A stretch of DNA of 64,000 nucleotides from Tubiluchus corallicola (Eukaryota > Animalia > Priapulida): assembly GCA_030141605.1 (NCBI GenBank), contig JAQGDQ010000220.1, positions 287,786 to 351,785 of the forward strand, written 5' to 3'. The first letter of the stretch is position 1. Each line of letters begins with the position of its first letter. The notes under the pieces were generated by a model that did not search any database, was not told the DNA's origin, and saw only the letters and a program-made list of their open reading frames with translations. Positions 59,964 through 64,000 of this stretch are shown one piece after another. The position numbers and the translations under genes were made by a program.

Positions 59964-60923
59964 CAGCTGGTTAATGCCGGCAGTAGCCGAAGTACAGTGA
60001 GTTTGTAAACAGCTGTAGACTACAGAGGTCGCTATTTGCCAGCTTACACAAGGGCCGGCTTGAATTTGGCCTTGGGGTGAGCCGCAAGAACTAAGAACTC
60101 TTTATCCAGCGATGTAAATTATCAGGTTGTTTGAGACTGCGTATTCTATGAGGTCTCTCCTGCGTTTTTCATGAAGAAGGTGAAGAATATCCCATTGAGC
60201 TCTTTGACGTAGCAGTTTAATGCTTAATGTACGTGTGATTTAGATGCTGCTATATTACTCATTGCTATGCTGCGTTATGCAAATTAGTCCAGAATGCGAA
60301 GCACTGGGTTACTCGTTTATTGAGCTTTTTCTGTCCAGCTGCCTGGGTGTATCATTTAAAACGCCATTTAATGTTGTCATGGTTCTTTTATTTGTGAAGA
60401 TGTCATTTAGAATGCCATTTATCGTTGCCATGGATCTGTTTTTTGTAAAAAGTAGAATATGAAGTTACTTGATTGTGATGTCACATGATAAAAAACTTAT
60501 TACATGAACAGCGAGAATTAGAAGCATATCTTGGCAAAATAGACGAGTTTATAGATTTGCTTCACAAGCGTTGAGTTTCCCAAAAATTCACACTGTAGGG
60601 CAGGAAATATTAGAGCACACCCCTTTTGCTAGTTTCTTTGTACTGTAGTGCCTTCTCTTTATTTCCTTCTCTTTCTCCGTCATTCGCTTATTATTACAAT
60701 ACCGTTGTTGTTATTAGCAGTAGTTACCTTTAGTAGCTGTTATTATTACTAGTTCACTGTTTGGTGTAATTAGTCTGTGGGAAAAAATACTCTCACACAG
60801 ATTCATTTTACAGTACACTTTTTTGTGGTATTAAGTTAGTCTGTGTTGCACTGCGCAGCCTAGGTCTTGAATACAGGAAACAAAGGACTGTGGAATCTGG
60901 CTGCCAACTTTGTACGTGCATTA

Positions 60924-62489
60924 ATGGCTCAGGGAAACGAACACGGCACGACTTTTGCGACGAACACAATGATACGCACACTGGATGCAGACTGCAAATG
61001 GAATACAACGCAATTGTACCTGGCGTTGCCGGAAATCATAGCAAAATACCAAGAAGAGTTCAATGGCAAGCCAGATGATGAAGAAACGTCCAGCTCCAAG
61101 TCTGAGCCAGTGTTGTTCCGATTGTTTTTTCGGGTTCAGAACATTGCTTGTATGAGCCCGCTGAAGAAGATTCTGATTGAAAAGCAAAACATTGTTACTG
61201 TCATTTCAATTAAATTGAAAATAAACTTCATATTGGAATGAAAAAAGTCTATGAAATTAGTCTGTGTGGAAAATTAGTCTAGTATTAGCAGTAGTCCTAC
61301 TTGTAATGTCTCTCACCCTATCTCTGTCTCACACACTCAGTTTTTCTCTGCCTTGACTCTCTTTCCTTGACTCCTGCAATTTTACTTTCTTATGTTTCTT
61401 ACTGAAGCTGTAATAACAGATCTTTGCAATTTGGCCCTTATATACTAATAGCTGTGAAAAACCCAAGGCTTGTGTCTCACAGTCATATAGCAAAACAAAG
61501 AGTTGTTTACTCACAAAAATGAGATTTTCGTGGGTTGACCAGTTAGCAAAAGATCATGGCTTCCTCTGACAGGGGAAAATGTGGCTTCATTTGATTAATC
61601 AATTAATTTTGTGATTACACAAAATTGTGTAGCACTTGTCCAGTACATGTTCCCACAAAAGGCTTTCTTGTGTACATGTTCCCAAAAAAGGCTTTTATTT
61701 AGGTGAAATAGTGACAGCTGACTAATGGTCAAGTTTATCTTGTGTCCACTTATGATTGGCATTTTCTTGTCTTGGGCATAAATCTATGTACTCATCGTGC
61801 TCTATATGCTGGCATAAAATATTTTCTTTTGTTCAAATTTTGCATTAGAGCTTTAATTTTTGTTTTTATCTGACCTCTGACCTTTCATAATTGGTTACAG
61901 AATGTAAGAAAATTCATATTTTTCAAAATTGGTTTCTGTCCAGGCTGTTCAGCAACTTTATTTGTGCTCAAATTTTGCATTAAACTTCTGCTGGTCTCTG
62001 GTCTAAATGTAACTTAGTGGCATTGCTAATAAGGGAGCAAGGGGAGCAATCTCTGCTCCAAGTACATTTTTCAAAATTGGTGCCTTTTTAACAGTGCCAA
62101 AGCTCATTCATTGTGTTTGCATTTTACGTTTAAAATCTAAATAATAAAATCTAAATCTCTTTATTATGTTTTGAGATTGATGAGCTTATTGTAAAACTTT
62201 CTTGCGCTTTAATTTTAACTACGAAATAACAATTATGCACTTTAAAACTGTATATTCCTTATGTTTTGTTTTTAAACACAAAATGGTTTTGGTATGTGCT
62301 TGTTCCCCCTAACTTTAAAACCTGGCTATGCCCTGGAAATAGCTCATCATTTTTCAGACTGGAGCAGCTAATAGAGACTGGTTTTTATTTGTTTTCAGAA
62401 AAAAAGAAAAGAGAGGGAAGAGTGCCTCATGCCGGTGTGATTCGTGATACTCAACCAAAACCAGGTGGACTTATTCTTCCCAGAAACAG
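60924..62489 (+). CDS. Putative first coding exons of an unidentified gene (continues beyond window)
   Basis: Two coding-like segments, 60924-61099 and 62358-62489, join in phase 2 (AA|GTCTGA...TTTTTCAG|A) to give MAQGNEHGTTFATNTMIRTLDADCKWNTTQLYLALPEIIAKYQEEFNGKPDDEETSSSKLEQLIETGFYLFSEKKKREGRVPHAGVIRDTQPKPGGLILPRN. No family recognised. Confidence 0.5.
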
Positions 62490-62629
62490 GTCTGAGTCTT
62501 CCGCTGTTCTTCACGTACATTAAACTGCAAAAGGCTCTGCAGTCGAGTAGCTCCCGTTTTCTGTAACGGAAGCAGAGCACTTTCATTACCAGTGACAACT
62601 TTTTACGATTTAAGACAACTTAAATCGGA

Positions 62630-62810
62630 AGGAGTTTACAACTCCCACACAATTTAAATACCCTAATCCTAACCATAACTCTAACACTAATCCAACCCTA
62701 ACCCTGACTGAACTCTAACCTTAGTCCTTATCCTAACCTTAACCCTAGTCCTAACTAACGCTAATCAGTTTCACAAGCTAATTTTTTATGTGTGGGGAAT
62801 TGTAAAATTT
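62630..62810. mobile_element. Short element with inverted repeats around a (CCTAAC)-like tract (Helentron/HINE-like)
   Basis: TTTACAACTCCCACACA ... degenerate CCTAAC repeats ... TGTGTGGGGAATTGTAAA. Confidence 0.5.
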
Positions 62811-62869
62811 AGCCCTTAAATCATTTAACATTGGCCCTGCTGTAATGAAAGTTTTTATCGTGTAGTAAT

Positions 62870-63335
62870 TAAGAACAACATGCCGTTACTGTTTGTTAGG
62901 CGCTAGCATGCAGGGAGATCGCAATTCTGTTGATCAGGTTGTTAAATCCACTTTAAAAAATAGGAATTGAACAGCAACCTATAACACATTTGTATAAAAC
63001 TAGGCCTGCAAAGGGAGCGCAGGTTATCATTAATGATGAATGTCATCCTGGTAATAAATTTTTTGAAATGCTTCCCACTGTCTGCAGACAGTGTTCACTT
63101 AATGCTAAAACCACAAGGACTTTAAATTCTTTCTATCCTGTTGCTGTTCGAACTATTAACAGTAAATTTCAGTAAATTTGCGATATTCTCTATATCACTG
63201 TTTATAGCTTATTAGCACTCACGTAACAATTGATTATTTAACGACGACTGTTGTTTTCTTTTGTTGTAGTACGTAAACCTGCACAAATTTCATTATATTA
63301 TAATGCAATGGCAATAAATTGCTTATTTACTTGCT
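62870..63335 (+). mobile_element. LINE 3' fragment (Rex1/L2-like)
   Basis: HPGNKFFEMLP..KTTRTLNSFYPVAVRTIN*, then a 3'UTR ending CAATGGCAATAAA and a short tandem tail. Confidence 0.7.
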
Positions 63336-63491
63336 TCGAAGTGCAGTTGAAACAAGTTAAAATAAATATTTAAAGTCCAGGAAAGTGTTCGGACAGGCTC
63401 CATGTATTGGGTATGATCCTGCACCATATTGTGCCAAGGATTCGGGTTTCAAAATGTTCATCATCATCACATGCCCGTTACGTCTATTGTA

Positions 63492-63783
63492 GAATAAGTA
63501 TTTTCACCATTCCTGCTATTGATAATGATCGTGAAAAGGTCAAAGGTTAAGTGTACCTAGTTAGAACCTTGCCTAGTTAATTTTTCTTGTTCCCAAGAAA
63601 GATTTGCTAGTAAATCGCTCTATGCATAATAAAGTCAAATCCATGTAAAGCAACTGAAATCACTGAATTGACGTGGTACACACCTTTGCTTTACCCACGC
63701 ATCACGTGACGGTTGTAGTTAAGATGCATTACTTTGGTACACTTAACCTTTGACTTACAGCAACTGTGAAACTGTTAAAAGGC
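63492..63783 (+). mobile_element. MITE family A, copy 4
   Basis: GATCGTGAAAAGGTCAAAGGTTAAGTGTACC...GTGACGGTTGTAGTTAAGATGC...AAAAGGC. Confidence 0.8.
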
Positions 63784-64000
63784 TTATTGCAAAATTAAAG
63801 AACGGAAGTGGTGCTGATAAACGACTGGGCACTGGCACAGTAGTGCCTAGTTTTTTTGCTGGATTACTGTCGTATTTACCTGCCTCGAGTCAGATTTCCG
63901 TTGGTGCTACAACTTTTTCGTTGTGGTCAATTATCTAGCTGACTTGCGAATGCGTCTTTGTTTTCTTTTATTAATTATGGACAGGGAGTTTGAGATCAAT

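Noticed and set aside
62660-62765. Telomere or interstitial telomeric array
   Set aside because: Short, degenerate and enclosed by inverted repeats, which is typical of a non-autonomous element.

Overview
AT-rich, repeat-laden genomic DNA from an intron-rich animal; the repeat and gene content suggests an invertebrate. I read five gene loci by stitching GT-AG exons by eye. (1) The first coding exon of TICRR/Treslin (-). (2) A CALHM-family large-pore channel gene (+, 4363-22103). (3) A complete HELQ/HEL308 helicase gene (-, 25809-47321). (4) A 4-coumarate:CoA ligase/firefly-luciferase-like acyl-CoA synthetase (-, 52902-58800). (5) The start of a gene I cannot identify (+, from about 60.9 kb). 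The standout is the CALHM locus. It has three intact paralogous first coding exons, each encoding N-terminal helix + TM1 + CPC loop + most of TM2. The pairs I counted are about 60% identical, and each exon has its own ATG and a phase-1 donor. Only one set of downstream exons follows. This is a variable/constant cassette layout, as in protocadherin and UGT1A clusters, that would swap the pore-lining module of the channel. The rest is decayed LINEs (one with a 2A-like motif), a Penelope-like fragment, a tRNA-derived SINE, several MITE families and micro/minisatellites. All family assignments come from remembered motifs; no database search was run.
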